From: Octopus vulgaris
Taxonomy: Eukaryota
Assembly: GCA_951406725.2 (NCBI GenBank)
Contig: OX597819.1
Coordinates: 31,372,001-31,436,000, forward strand
Reading direction: 5' to 3'
Length of the DNA: 64,000 bases
Position 1 is the first letter of the stretch; the number at the start of each line of letters is the position of its first letter. Shown in pieces: positions 10,643-23,202 of the stretch. The notes under the pieces are model-generated. The model made no database searches and was not told the DNA's origin. It saw only the letters and a list, made by a program, of their open reading frames with translations. A program made the position numbers and the translations under genes.

Positions 10643-13600
10643 TACATAGATGTGTAACAAGGCTTTGGGCCAAGTGGTGGCGTTGCTTATGGCAAGAGCT
10701 GAAGTTTAAATTTGGAAATTAAGGATGGCGCAAATATGTCAGAAATATCAGCCAGAGGTGGATTCATAACGAGTAAAAGTTGTTATTGTTGTTTAGCTCC
10801 AGGTTCATTGTTCAACCTTCTCAGTGTCAGTAAACTAACAGAATCATTAGAGCACTGGACAAAATGCTTTGCAGTTATTGTTCTAACTATCTGATGAGTT
10901 CAAATCACACTGAATCCAATCTTGTTTTTATCCTTTCACTGTTAATAAAGAAGTCTCAATTCGTACCTTCTCAAGTCATACCAACTCACAAAGACCAGTT
11001 TCTTGGTTTCCATGGCATATGAATTCACCACCTGGATAGGATACCAGTCCATTGCAGGATTAATCATTTTTACCAGCTGAGTGGACTTGAACAACATGAA
11101 ATGAAGTGTTTTGCTCAAGAACAATGTGTTGCCTTATCAAAACCACAATCTTACAATCATGAGTCTAACCCCCTAACTACTAAGCTATGCACTGCCACTA
11201 ACATTTCTATATGGTAAACTTGATAATTGTAAGAGAGCCCTTCTTACATGAAACCATTGGTAGCTTTGTTAACCCACAAATAAAGAATATTTATCCATCA
11301 ATGTGGTGTGGAGCATTCATTTTCACTTTGTTTTGTTTATGAATATGAGTTCCATCATGGAACCAATGCATCCCAGACAGCTATAATAGTATATATATAT
11401 ATTCATATACACACATGATGAGCTTCTTTCAGTTTCTGTCTACCAAATCCACTCACAGGGTATTGGTTAGTCCAAGTCATAGAAGAAGATACTTGCCTAA
11501 GGTGTCACACAGTGGAATTGAACCCAAAATCACATGGTTAGAAAGCTAGCTTCTTAACCACACAGTCATGCCTGTTCATATAGTTGCATTAATCCACTGC
11601 CCAGAATTGAGACTTCTTTATTAACAGTGAAAAGATAAAAACAAGATTGGATTCAGTGTGATTTGAACTCATCAGATAGATGAGTCCAAGTGGTGGTGGA
11701 GGACAAACACAGACACACATTACGACAGGCTTTTTTCAGTTTCTGTCTACCAAATCTGCTCACAAGGCTTTCGTTGGCCGAAGTCTATAACAGAAGATAC
11801 TTGTCCATGGTGTCATGCAGTGTGACTGAATGCCAAACAATGTGGTTGAGAGGCAAACTTCTTACCACATAGCCACACCTTTTGAAATACCCTATCTTTG
11901 CTTCAGTTAATTTTGAGAATAATGAAGAATTTCACAAAATCATCATCATCATCATCGTTTAACGTCCGCTTTCCATGCTAGCATGGGTTGGACGATTTTG
12001 ACTGAGGGCTAGTGAACCAGATGGCTGCACCAGGCTCCAATCTTGATCTGGCAGAGCTTCTACAGCTGGATGCCCTTCCTAACGCCAACTACTCCAAGAG
12101 TGTAGTGGGTGCTTTTTACATGTCACCAGCACAGCTGCCAGTTAGGTGGTACTGGCAATGAGCTCGCTCGAATCTTTTTATACGTGCCAGTAAGGCAACG
12201 CTGGTAACGATCACGCTCGAATGGTGCCCTTTTACGTGCCACCAGCACAGAAGCCAGTTGGCCGCTCTGGCAATGATCACGCTCAGATGGTGCTCTTGGC
12301 ATCCTCAAAATACAATTGTATAGAATGTGCACTGAAAATTTTTTAAACATTTCAGGGATTCTCCATTTGAGGTTTCTGAACTGAAAATATGCACTCAATA
12401 TCATTTAGCTATGGAATATATACACACAAATAACAATGCTGAACACACATGCATTTGTATAGTAATGGGACGAGCACACCCACTACACGAGTGTAAGATT
12501 ATTCACACACACACGTATACGCACATATCAACTTATACCCATAACCATAAAATCCAAGAATTGTTTTGACTTAAACAAAAGACCCTTGCCAAACTTTGTC
12601 ATTGTTAAACTGGCACTTGGAACATTAATTAACAGGAAATTCTGATTGAAGGTTTTAATTTAGTTGACTTTAAAATTGGAAGTTTGTATTATTGGACCAC
12701 AGGACAACCTCCAGTTGGTTGGCATCAAAAGGGTTAAGTAAGGAAGAATTATATGGTATGGTCCTAGGCAGGGTGGTCATAGCTGGAAATACCTTTGGTT
12801 ATAAGATCTGCTGAATCAGGATTAACCTGGGGCTAAACAAAACAGTGGAGGTTTGTGGCTTAGTGGTTAGGGTGTTGAACTCATGATTGTAAGATTGTGG
12901 TTTCGATTCCTGGATCGAATGATACGTTGTGTTCTTGAGCAAAACACTTCATTTCACATTGTTCTAGTCCACTCAACTGGCAAAAATGTGTAATCTTGTA
13001 GGAGACTGGTGTCCTGTCCAGTGGGGAAATGTATGTGCCAAGGAAACCGGGGAAACTGGGCCTGAGTCAATATGACTTGGGAAGGAGCTTAATCCTTTTT
13101 TATCCTAAACAAAAGCAAGGATTATCATTATTGAGAGTTTCAATTATGCTATGACATATTGGCTTCAAATTCTGGCTCAAGGCCAGCAATTTTGGGTGAG
13201 TGGGTAAGTCAATTACATTGACCCCAGTGCTCAACTGGTACTTATTTTATCAACCCTGAAAGGATGAAAGGCAAAGTTGACCTTGGCAGAATTTGAACTC
13301 AGAACATAAGGACAGATGAAATGCTGCTAAGCATTTTACCTGGCATGCTAATGATTCTGCCAGCTCACTGCCCTTGAATGTAGAATATTGATTTCAAATT
13401 TTGGCACAAGACCATCAGTTTTGGAGGAGGGAGGTTAGTCGATTACATCGACCCCAGTACTCAGCTGGTACTTATTTTATCAACCCTGAAAGGATGAAAG
13501 GCAAAGCTGACCTCAGCGAAATTTGAACTCAGAATGTAAGGATGGATGAAATGTCACTAAGCATCATGCTACCAATTCTGCCAGCTCACCACTTTAATTA

Positions 13601-14825
13601 TACTTTCACACTAACACTACCATTAACACCTGTTGAAATACTGTAGCCATGTGAACAGGTGTGTCATGAGTGAAAGGTGTTATCATTGGGCGATTTTAGA
13701 CAAGCATTGTGTTTTTGAGAAACACATCACGTGCTTTCCATGGTTGTTGATAATATGAAGACAATATATATTGTTGTTTGTCTTGGTATAATTTCCTGTC
13801 TGTTACACCACCTAAATTAATTAATTACTATGTCATTAAGTTAGGTAACAAGCAGGAATCTCTGCTAGCACAAACTTCAGTGGTCTTAAAATAATTTATC
13901 TGTCACAAGCCAACAAGGGTACATTTACAAGTCTGCTTGACCTGCTAGAAATAACACTCAACACTCTATCAAATTATGACCTTTTTGGAAAAGGAATGAT
14001 ACACTGGCAGAAACGTTAGCGCGCCGGATGAAATGCTTAGCGGTATTTTGTCTGTCGTTACGTTCTGAGTTCAAATTCCACCGGGGTCAACTTTGCCTTT
14101 CATCCTCTCGGGGTCGATAAATAAAGTACCAGTTTCGCACTAGGTCGATATAATCGACTTAATCCCTTTGTCTGTCCTTGTTTATCCCCTCTATGTTTAG
14201 CCCCTTGTGGGCAATAGAGAAATATATATATAATGTAGCCGTAAATAATTACTATGTCGTTTAGGTAGGTAACAAGTAGGAATCTCTGCTAGTACAAGCA
14301 AAATGATTGTAAAATAATTACTCTGTCACAGCCATGTAAATGTACCTTTACATGGCTGCTTGACATGGTAGAAATAGCAGTCAGTCTTTTTCAAATTACT
14401 CTCAACCATTTTGAAAAAGGAAGGACATACTATGTAATGTAGCCTTAGGTCCTAGATATGGAATGGATGGGAGAAGGCTGATGATCATTACAGTAACCTC
14501 TTTTAATTGTAGGTCTGCTCAACCAGGGTTGACCTGGGGCTACACTACTACTACTACCACTACTGCTCTGTTTTACTGCTTAATAAAGCAGCAGGTGCAG
14601 TGGTGGTGGTGCTGGTGGCAGCAGTAGCAAGTGGAGGCACAATGGCCCAGTGGTGAGGGTAGCGGACTCGCAATCGGAGGATCGCAGTTTCGATTCCCAG
14701 ACCGGGCGTTGTGTGTGTTTATTGAGCAGCTCCACGAGGCTCCGGCAGGGGGTGGTGGCGACCCCTGTTGTACTCTTTCATTCCAACTTTCTCTCACTCT
14801 TGCTTCCTGTTTCTTGTCTCCGACT

Positions 14826-15010
14826 TCCTACGCAACCGCTGAGCCTGGATGCGCATTCATCCATCCGTCGATGCTCTTGGTGTCGGGGGGGTTGACCTGC
14901 TTTCTCTTCTGCAGATCTTACAAATAGCAAAAGGACCATGTTTCGGACTTCTCCCACTGGGACGAAGACCGCTTCGCTCAACAAACAAAAGCAGCAGCAG
15001 CTGTAGCAGT

Positions 15011-15073
<63 letters not shown>

Positions 15074-16360
15074 TGAAAAGTTGAAAACTCTTCAGTGTCA
15101 GTTAACTGTTGTGTTTAGCCAAATAAAATCAAGCACTAAGGTACAAGCATGATTGCATGGTTAAGAAGCTTGCTTTGCAACCATGAGGTTTTGGGTTCAG
15201 TCCCACTGTGTGGTACCATGAACAAATGTCTTCTACTTATAGCCCCAGGCTGACCAATGCCTTGTGATAGAATTCGGTATTTGGAAACTGTTCAGAAGGC
15301 CGTCATTTATATCTACTAGAAATTGTAATCAAAACTCCCTCAACCTATGATCTTGAAATAGAAAACTTCAACTCATTTCTTCATCTTTCTATTTTTTTTT
15401 TTTCATTTAGTCAGGAATGATGGTTGTGCTCAAGGACCTTTACAGATCCTTCATGTCTAATGAGGGGGAGGGAGAGAGAGGGGTCATCAAACTGGAAGCC
15501 TAGTCTGAAACCTAGTCAGAATGGAGTTGCTAAAGGTGCTGAGGGGATGGATGGGAGATGAGTGTTAAACTGGAAACCTAGTCTGGATGCTTGCAAACAG
15601 AGCGGAGTCTGCTAAAGGCATCCAAGGTGCTGATGGGATGGGTGGGAGACAAATATTAAACTGGATGACAAATTAAGTTTACTGCTCAAATAGGACAAGG
15701 TGGAATTTGAATTCAGAATGCAAAGAACATGAACAAATCCTGCAAAACATCCAGTCTGACGTTCTTACATTTCCACTAATCCAGCATCTTGGATTAGTAT
15801 TTATTTTATCCCCCCCCACACACACAAAATAAAGATGAATGATAAAAGTTGACCTTAGTACAATTTGAACTCAGAATGGCGAGAGACAGAACAAATATGG
15901 GGCATTCAGGCTGATGTCCTAACGATTTTACATTCACCTTGTATCGTTAAAGTAGTGAACCATGGATAGCTTGGTCTCTTGCTATAAGTAGAAGACATTT
16001 GTTTATGGTGCCACACAGTGAGACTGAACCCAAAACCTGATGGTTGCAAAGCAAGCTTCTTAACCACGCAACCATGCTTGTACCTTCGTGTTTGATTTTA
16101 TTTGGCTAAACACAACAGTTAACTGACACTAAAGAGTTTTCAACTTTTCAACTACTACTACTACTACTACTACTACTGCTGCTGCTGCTTTTGTTTGTTT
16201 GTTGATGGAAGCGGTCTTCGTCCCAGTGGGAGAAGTCCGAAACATGGTCCTTTGCTATTCATAAGACCCGCAGAAGAGAAAGCAGGTCAACCCCCCCCCC
16301 CGACACTGAGAGCATCGACGGATGGATGAATGCGCATCCAGGCTCAGCGGTTGCGTAGGA
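14826..16360. repeat. Inverted duplication 14826-15244 / 15981-16360
   Basis: Reverse-complement match spanning a SINE tail, a microsatellite, unique DNA and a second SINE head. Confidence 0.9.
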
Positions 16361-17490
16361 GGTGACAAGAGTTGGCTGAGAAAAGCCAACTCTTGTCGCC
16401 TCCTCCTTCCTCAATTACTTCTATGTCTCTCATTTCTCTCTCCATTCTGATGTTTACCGTCAACCACACTTCTGATCCTTGCTCATTATTCACTACATCC
16501 TCCTCTAGACCCATCTCTGACCATCTGTGATTTTCTTTCCATGCTCATATGAAATAACCCACCATTTCCTTCCCGCTGATCTTCTCTCTGTATTCTGCCT
16601 TACACTCTCTTTTTTGTACTTTGAGCATACTCTCTAATATTCTGTCATTTATCTTGCTATCAGCTTCTCTATCTCAGTCGTATATATTGTAGGATAGCCA
16701 TGTATCTCCTCTATAGTAAGGCACTAGTGCTTATTCCTCTATTATACTTTAGCTGCTGCCAACATATAGCATAAAGCCATCTCTTCCTCTCTCAAATAAA
16801 CTCCCACTCGGGTGCAGGACCTTTCTCTTTTCTTTTCCTTTCTTTATCTCTGTGCAGGTGGCACGTAAAAAGCACCCACTACACTCACGGAGTGGTTGGC
16901 GTTAGGAAGGGCATCTAGCTGTAAAACCAAGCCAAAACAGACTATGGAACCTGATATGGCCCCTAGCTTTACCAGCTCTTGTCAAGCCTCTCAAATAAAC
17001 TCCACTCAGGTGCAGGACCTTTCTCTTTGATTTTGATTTCTTTATTTCACGAGTTAGTTGACCTCGCTAGTGCTTATGTCTTGAAAAACAGCACCCAGTA
17101 CACTCTATAAAGTGGTTGGCACTGGGAAGGGCATCTAGCTGTAGAAACCATGACAAGGCCAACATTAGAACCCAACACTGCATTGTGGCTCATCAGATTG
17201 TGTCAAACTGTCCAACGCATCCCAGCATGGAAAATGGACATTAAATGATGATGATGTACAAAGCTATACATTTAGAGAAGGGACTCCTCACTCAATTATG
17301 TTGTACTTCTACCTAACTGGCCCTTTATGGCCCTCAGAAGAATTTAAAAAAGAAGAAAAATCAATAGCAGCAGGATTTGAACACAGAATGTAAAGCATTT
17401 TTTCTAAATACTACAAGGCACCAAGTCCAACATTCCACTGAATCTGCTACCTGATGTTCCATAATAATAAAGGTTTTGTAATTGAATATT

Positions 17491-17723
17491 TATTTCTTTA
17501 CTACCCACAAGGGGCTAAACGCAGAGAGGACTAACAAGGACAGACACACGGATTAAGTCGATTATATCGCCCCCAGTGCGTAACTGGTACTTATTTAATC
17601 GACCCCGAAAGGATGAAAGGCAAAGTCAACCTCGGCGGAATTTGAACTCAGAACGTAACGGCAGACGAAATACGGCTACGCATTTCGCCCGGCGTGCTAA
17701 CGTTTCTGCCAGCTCACCGCCTT
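17491..17723 (-). mobile_element. SINE family B with a Nin/Deu-like central domain
   Basis: GACTTTGCCTTTCATCCTTTCGGGGTCGA..AAATAAGTACCAG core; flanking repeat TTGTAATTGAATATT; young copies 14005-14222 and 61520-61930 (dimer), plus many decayed copies. Confidence 0.75.
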
Positions 17724-17809
17724 ATAATTGTAATTGTAATTGTAATTGAATATTGTTTCACATTTTAGGTGATACTAGTGATAACAGTTCCTGCTGTAGT
17801 TGACTAACC

Positions 17810-17884
17810 ATGCCTCACAACAACGTCAGGATCTTGATCACCCCGAATGCAGCAAAAGACAGAGTCATCAGCAAATTTCCACCT
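17810..17884 (+). CDS. RAB34: Rab34/36-like GTPase coding exon 1 (MPHNNVRILITPNAAKDRVISKFPP)
   Basis: Acceptor TTTTAG at 17767-17768, ATG 17810, GTAAGT donor 17885; DRVIxxFP is the Rab34/36 N-terminal motif. Confidence 0.85.
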
Positions 17885-17937
17885 GTAAGTTAACTTTTTG
17901 ATTTTCTTTTTGTTTTTCACAGATTTATCTCCTTTTT

Positions 17938-18866
17938 ACACATGTGGTGCTACATAAAAAAAGCACTGATGCTGGTGCCACATAAAAAAGTACTGGTCCT
18001 GATGCTATATGAAAAGCACTGGTGCTGGTGTCAAATAAAAAGTACTGTTGCTGGAGCCATGTAAAAAGTACTGATGATGGCACCACATAAAAAGTACTGG
18101 TACCATATAAAAAGTACCTATGATGGAGACACATAGAAAGTACTGGTGATGGCACCACATAAAAAGCCCTGGCGATGGTGCCATGTAAAAGGCACTGGTG
18201 ATGGCAGCACATGAAAAGCACTGGTGATGGTGCCACATAAAAAGCACTGGTGCTGGTGCCACTTAAAAAGCACTGGTGCTGGTGCCACATAAAAAGCACT
18301 GGTGATGGTGCCATGTAAAAGGCACTGGTGATGGTGCCACATAAAAAGCACTGGTGCTGGTGCTACTTAAAGCACTGGTGCTGGTGCCACATAAAAAGCA
18401 CTGGTGATGGTGCCACATAAAAAGCACTGGTGCTGGTGCTACTTAAAGCACTGGTGCTGGTGCCACATAAAAAGCACTGGTGATGGTGCCATGTAAAAGG
18501 CACTGGTGATGGCGCAACATAAAAGGCACTGGTGATGGCAGCACGTGAAAAGCACTGGCGATGGTGCCATGTAAAAGGCACTGGTGATGGCAGCATGTGA
18601 AAAGCACTGTTGATGGTGCCACATAAAAAGCACTGTTGATGGTGCCACATAAAAAGCACTGTTGATGGTGCCACATAAAAAGCACTGGTGATGGTGCCAC
18701 ATAAAAAGCACTGGTGATGGTGCCATGTAAAAGGCACTGGTGATGGCGCAACATAAAAAGCACTGGTGCTGGTGCCACTTAAAAAGCACTGGTGATGGTG
18801 CCACATAAAAAGCATTGGTGCTAGTACCATGTAAAAAGCATTGGTGATGGTGCCATGTAAAAGGCA
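17938..18866 (+). repeat. Minisatellite, ~35 copies of a ~26-bp unit AAAAAGCACTGGTG(A/C)TGGTGCCACAT
   Basis: Directly visible tandem array, continuing into an RTE 3' UTR tail (18867-19040). Confidence 0.95.
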
Positions 18867-20388
18867 CCCAGTACACTCTATAAAGTGGTTGGCATTAGGA
18901 AGGGCATCCAGCTGTAAAAACCAAGCCAAAACAGACTATGGAACCTGATATGGCCCCTGGCTTTACCAGCTCTTGTCAAGCTGTCCAACCCATGCTAGCA
19001 TGGAAAACGGACATTGAGTGATGATGATGATAATGATGAGATGGTCGTTGTTCTATGTTTAATTGTATGTGTGAGACAGTTGTATGTCTGAGATGGTTGT
19101 ACCATGTTTAAATGTGTGAAATCATTGTTATACCATGATTATTATGCTATGCTTGGATGTTTGATATGGTTGTTATACCATACTTGTACCATGCTTGTAT
19201 GTGTGAGATGATTATTATACATTTGTATATAACTGGACACAATTTCTGATTCCTCTACAACTTTACTTTGTCTTTGAAAGAAAGACCATGTGCATAGCCT
19301 TTGCAGAACCCCTTATATTGTCAATACAGTTGATGTTCACCTTATACTACTTTGGTTCTGTGTTTATCAGAAAATGTATGGACATTGGAGAAGATGCAGT
19401 GACATTTTTTGTAATAGAAGTGGTGAGGAGGACATTGCTAAAAGCTCTGATGATGAAGATATTGGTTGCTATGATGTTAAGGATATCACTGGTGGCTGTG
19501 ATGAGGATGATGATGGTGACAATGCTGCTGCTGCTTCTACTGCTGCTGGTTGATATGAAGATAAAAAGATCATGTGCTCTAATAGTATTGATCACTATGA
19601 TGCTGAAGTTATCACTGGTTGCTATGATGCCATAGATATTGCTGGTGGCATGACATTGATAATGATAATGATGATATTGCTGTTAATACTGGTTTGGAAT
19701 TTTGACACAAGAGCAGCGATTTCGGGGCAGCAGGGTAAGTCGATTAAATCAACCCCAGTGCTCAACTGGTGCTTACTTTATCGACCCCGAAAGGATGAAA
19801 GGCAAAGTCAACCTTGGTGGAATTTGCACCCAGAACATAAAGGCAAGTGAAATACCACTAAGCATTTCTGCCAACTCACTGCCTTGTTATTCATCATCAT
19901 CATCATCATCATCATCGTTTAGCGTCCGCTTTCCATGCTAGCATGGGTTGGACGGGTCAACTGGGGTCTGTGAAGCTGGAAGGCTTCGTCAGGCCCAGTC
20001 AGATCTGGCAGTGTTTCTACGGCTGGATGCCCTTCCTAACGCCAACCACTCCGCGAGTGTAGTGGGTGTTTTTTACGTGCCACCTGCACAGGTGCCAGAC
20101 AGAGCTGGCGAACGGCCACGAACAGATGGTGCTTTTACGTTATTGCTGTTAATATTGGCAACAAGTGTGATGAAGATATTTCTGACTGCTATGATGATGA
20201 CAATGAAAATATCAGTTGTTAGCTGTAATGATACGGGTATTGATGGTAGTGGTGGATGGAGATAAGAATACTTCTGGTAACTGTGATGCTAGTAATCTCA
20301 TTACCAATTAAGAAATGATAAAGCTGTTATTCAGATTCTCTTCTCGTATAAAATCTGTTTTTTTTTTTATATTCTTGTATTTTTCTAG

Positions 20389-20480
20389 GCTTTCCATCCT
20401 GATGGTACACCATACCTTCAAACGAACTTTCATCCCAAAGTAAAGAATGCTTGTTCGGAGAACAGAACTGGTCGTGTTAG
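20389..20480 (+). CDS. RAB34: Rab34/36-like coding exon 2 (AFHPDGTPYLQTNFHPKVKNACSENRTGRV)
   Basis: Canonical AG/GT; FHPxVxxACxExRTG motif characteristic of Rab34. Confidence 0.92.
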
Positions 20481-21267
20481 GTAACTAACTGTTCCACGTA
20501 AATTGATCTAAATTTTCTGAGGTTTAATTCTAAATCAGTGGTTCTCAACTTTATTCCATATGACCCCTAAGTGTCCACATAAGATTTTTGGAGGGTTGAT
20601 GCAGCAAAACAATAAATTGGGTCCACAGTAGCATTAAAAGGGTAAATGATAAAAATGATCTTGCTTTAGATGTATGTATTTGTATGTATTGCAAGAAACA
20701 GCTAGGTTTCTTTCTCTAACATTTTACATAAATAAGCCTACACAAGTTAATGTGTGAAAAACAGAATAGGGATTTTGAAAGAAGTTTCTATAAAACTAGT
20801 TTTTAAACATTGAATGGCTATGGGGGTCCACCAGAATGAAATAGTAATCAAAGGGATCTATAGACAAAAAAAATGGTTGTGAACCCCTGCTCTAATTAAT
20901 CTAAGTGGTTTAACTCTTTTGTTACTACTGTATTTCTTTTGATAAATACTTTGTTTCAATTAATTATTAAAAATAATGGAAAAGTTAGGTGCAAGGCAGC
21001 AAACTGGCAGAATTGTTACCATGCTGGACAAAATTCTTAGTGGCATTTCTTGTGGCTTTTGCATTCTCAGTTCAGATTCTGCTCAAGTCAACATTGCCTT
21101 TCATTCTTTTGGGTCAATAAAATAAGCATCAGTCATGTACTGGGTTCTTTGCTTTTGTGTCCTGGACATGAACGTTTTGAAACTGACCTATTTTCATTAC
21201 ATACATACATACGTACGTACGTACATACATACATCCATACATCCATACATTCATCCATCCATACATC

Positions 21268-21299
<32 letters not shown>

Positions 21300-21321
21300 C
21301 TCTCTCTCTCTCTCTCTCACT

Positions 21322-21764
21322 CTAGCAGTATTGCCTGGCTTTGCAAAATGTTCACATTTAATTCAAAGCGTTAAAAATGTTATGAAAACAATTGGTATGT
21401 GTTCACCCTGAAAATTCATTCCTTTGCCGAATTTCTACAATGTTTACGGAGATTCGTTTTTAGATCTTTATTTTTTATTTTTCATGCAATTAGCGCATGA
21501 TTGCACGCGTGGTGAACACAGTTCGCATCAAACAGCTGACTGAGTAAAGTTTACTATTCAATGCATGGGATAAGGCCTAAACAAACACATTATCGATTTT
21601 TGCACTTGCGAGATGAATTTCGGAACAGAAATAGCGCAGTTCAATTTTCATTTGCCTAAACTTTAAGTGACCCATTTTTGGTGGTTCTACGATTTGATGG
21701 CTAGGAGGAGATGTGCTGGGAAGCTAAACACACAGACACACAAGTTGAGTTTTATATATATAGA
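21322..21764 (-). mobile_element. Non-autonomous Helitron
   Basis: Minus strand starts TCTATATATAT and ends GCCAGGCAATACTGCTAG, the same 3' end type as 43079-43464. Confidence 0.65.
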
Positions 21765-22168
21765 TATATATATATAGTGTGTGTGTGTATATATATGTAT
21801 ACTTTTTTTATTTATAGTTATTGATGAAAAAACTGTTAAGCTAGTACTTTTTTAGACAAAAGTGCCCTGTGTGATATTTCTTCCACCCAAGTTGCACTGC
21901 TGGTCTCCTGTTACTCTCACCTCATAGGATGCAGTGATTGGCTTGTTAGAAACCTATAACCCACAACACCTATGTTCACAAAATGTCATGTCATATAAAA
22001 AAAAATAAAATCTACAGTAAAATAATATATTATAGTTAGTCATGTTGGTCATCACTTTCAAAAATCAATAATAATAGTAATCCCTAGAAATGTCTCTTAT
22101 TAATCGAACTATTTTCTTAATGTTTGTTTTTATCAAATATATCATATTTTTTCTTCTTCCAATGAAAG

Positions 22169-22234
22169 CCTTCGCATCTCAAAAGCTGTGATTGTTGGAG
22201 ATATTTCAATTGGTAAAACAAGTATGGTGAATAG
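22169..22234 (+). CDS. RAB34: Rab34/36-like coding exon 3 (LRISKAVIVGDISIGKTSMVNR; P-loop)
   Basis: G1 box GDISIGKT; AAG acceptor, GTAGGT donor; frame-consistent. Confidence 0.93.
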
Positions 22235-22738
22235 GTAGGTTGGTATTTTATTTTTTTTTTTTTTATAAATCAGTCTATGACCTTGCTTATACTCAAGGTC
22301 ATAGATAGATTCAGTGTGTGTCAGTAACATACAAGGTGTTCGTAAATTATCTTTACTACTTCCACAATTTATTATATTGTGTCATCTATATGTTTTGCAT
22401 GCAACCAATAGGACTCATGTGGAAGTGTTCTGATGTTTCTAATAAAGGTTTGTTTGCGAATAAACTATGCTTAGTTATCCTTATTTTTCATTTTTTTCTC
22501 TGAATTTTTGAAATTGTAAAGGTAATTTATGGACACTGTACTTTATTGCTGTTTATATGACCATGCTTATGAACAAGGTCATTCATGTCTTATCACCATT
22601 TATGTGACCTTGTGTAGCAAACGTACTTTACTAATACTTATATGACCTTGTTTATAGACAAGGTCATATACTTAGAGTATGTGTCTGTAATAATGAAGGC
22701 ATGTAGCTTTGTGGTTAGGGATGTTGTATTCACAATTG

Positions 22739-23202
22739 GGATCTTTTCGGTTTGAACGGTAGTTTTTAACATAATTTCTAGGTAACTAAAAATTTTAAAC
22801 TACATATACTGGTAGAATGTGTTTATAAAACATCTTTTTCTCTTGGCTTTATTGAGAAAATTCTATAGTTTGTAAGATATTGGTTGTTGTTTTTTCTTCA
22901 ATTTCTGCAATTTCAACCAATCACTGACGTCCATTGAGGTAAAAAACATTCTGTGCCGTATGAATATGTCCCTTGTTTAAGAAACAGATTGGGTTTATAT
23001 ACATTTGTGAAGAAAAAAAGATACCTTCCCCCACCCCTAACCCTAACTCTAACCCTAACCCTAACTCTAACCCTAACCCTAACTCTAACCCTAACCCTAA
23101 AACAGATTGAAATGCAATAGATCGATACTAGGGTCATAATTATGGGTGACAATTTCAAATGACACCGCTAGAAAAAAACTGCCGTTCAAACCGAAAAGAT
23201 CC
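22739..23202 (-). mobile_element. TIR element with internal telomere-like (TTAGGG/TTAGAG)n
   Basis: ~29-bp TIRs GGATCTTTTCGGTTTGAACGG(C/T)AGTTTTT; flanking direct repeat TCACAATTG; inserted in a SINE head. Confidence 0.8.

Noticed and set aside
10891-10915. CTGATGAG hammerhead-like start
   Set aside because: No stem II or GAAA follows; it is a mutated SINE B-box region.
17938-18866. CRISPR-like regular array
   Set aside because: Units abut with no unique spacers, there are no cas genes, and the context is a eukaryotic intron; it is a minisatellite. Its ORFs are repeat translations.
23035-23100. Telomere or chromosome-fusion relic
   Set aside because: The repeats lie inside a multi-copy TIR element, not at a chromosome end or a head-to-head fusion.
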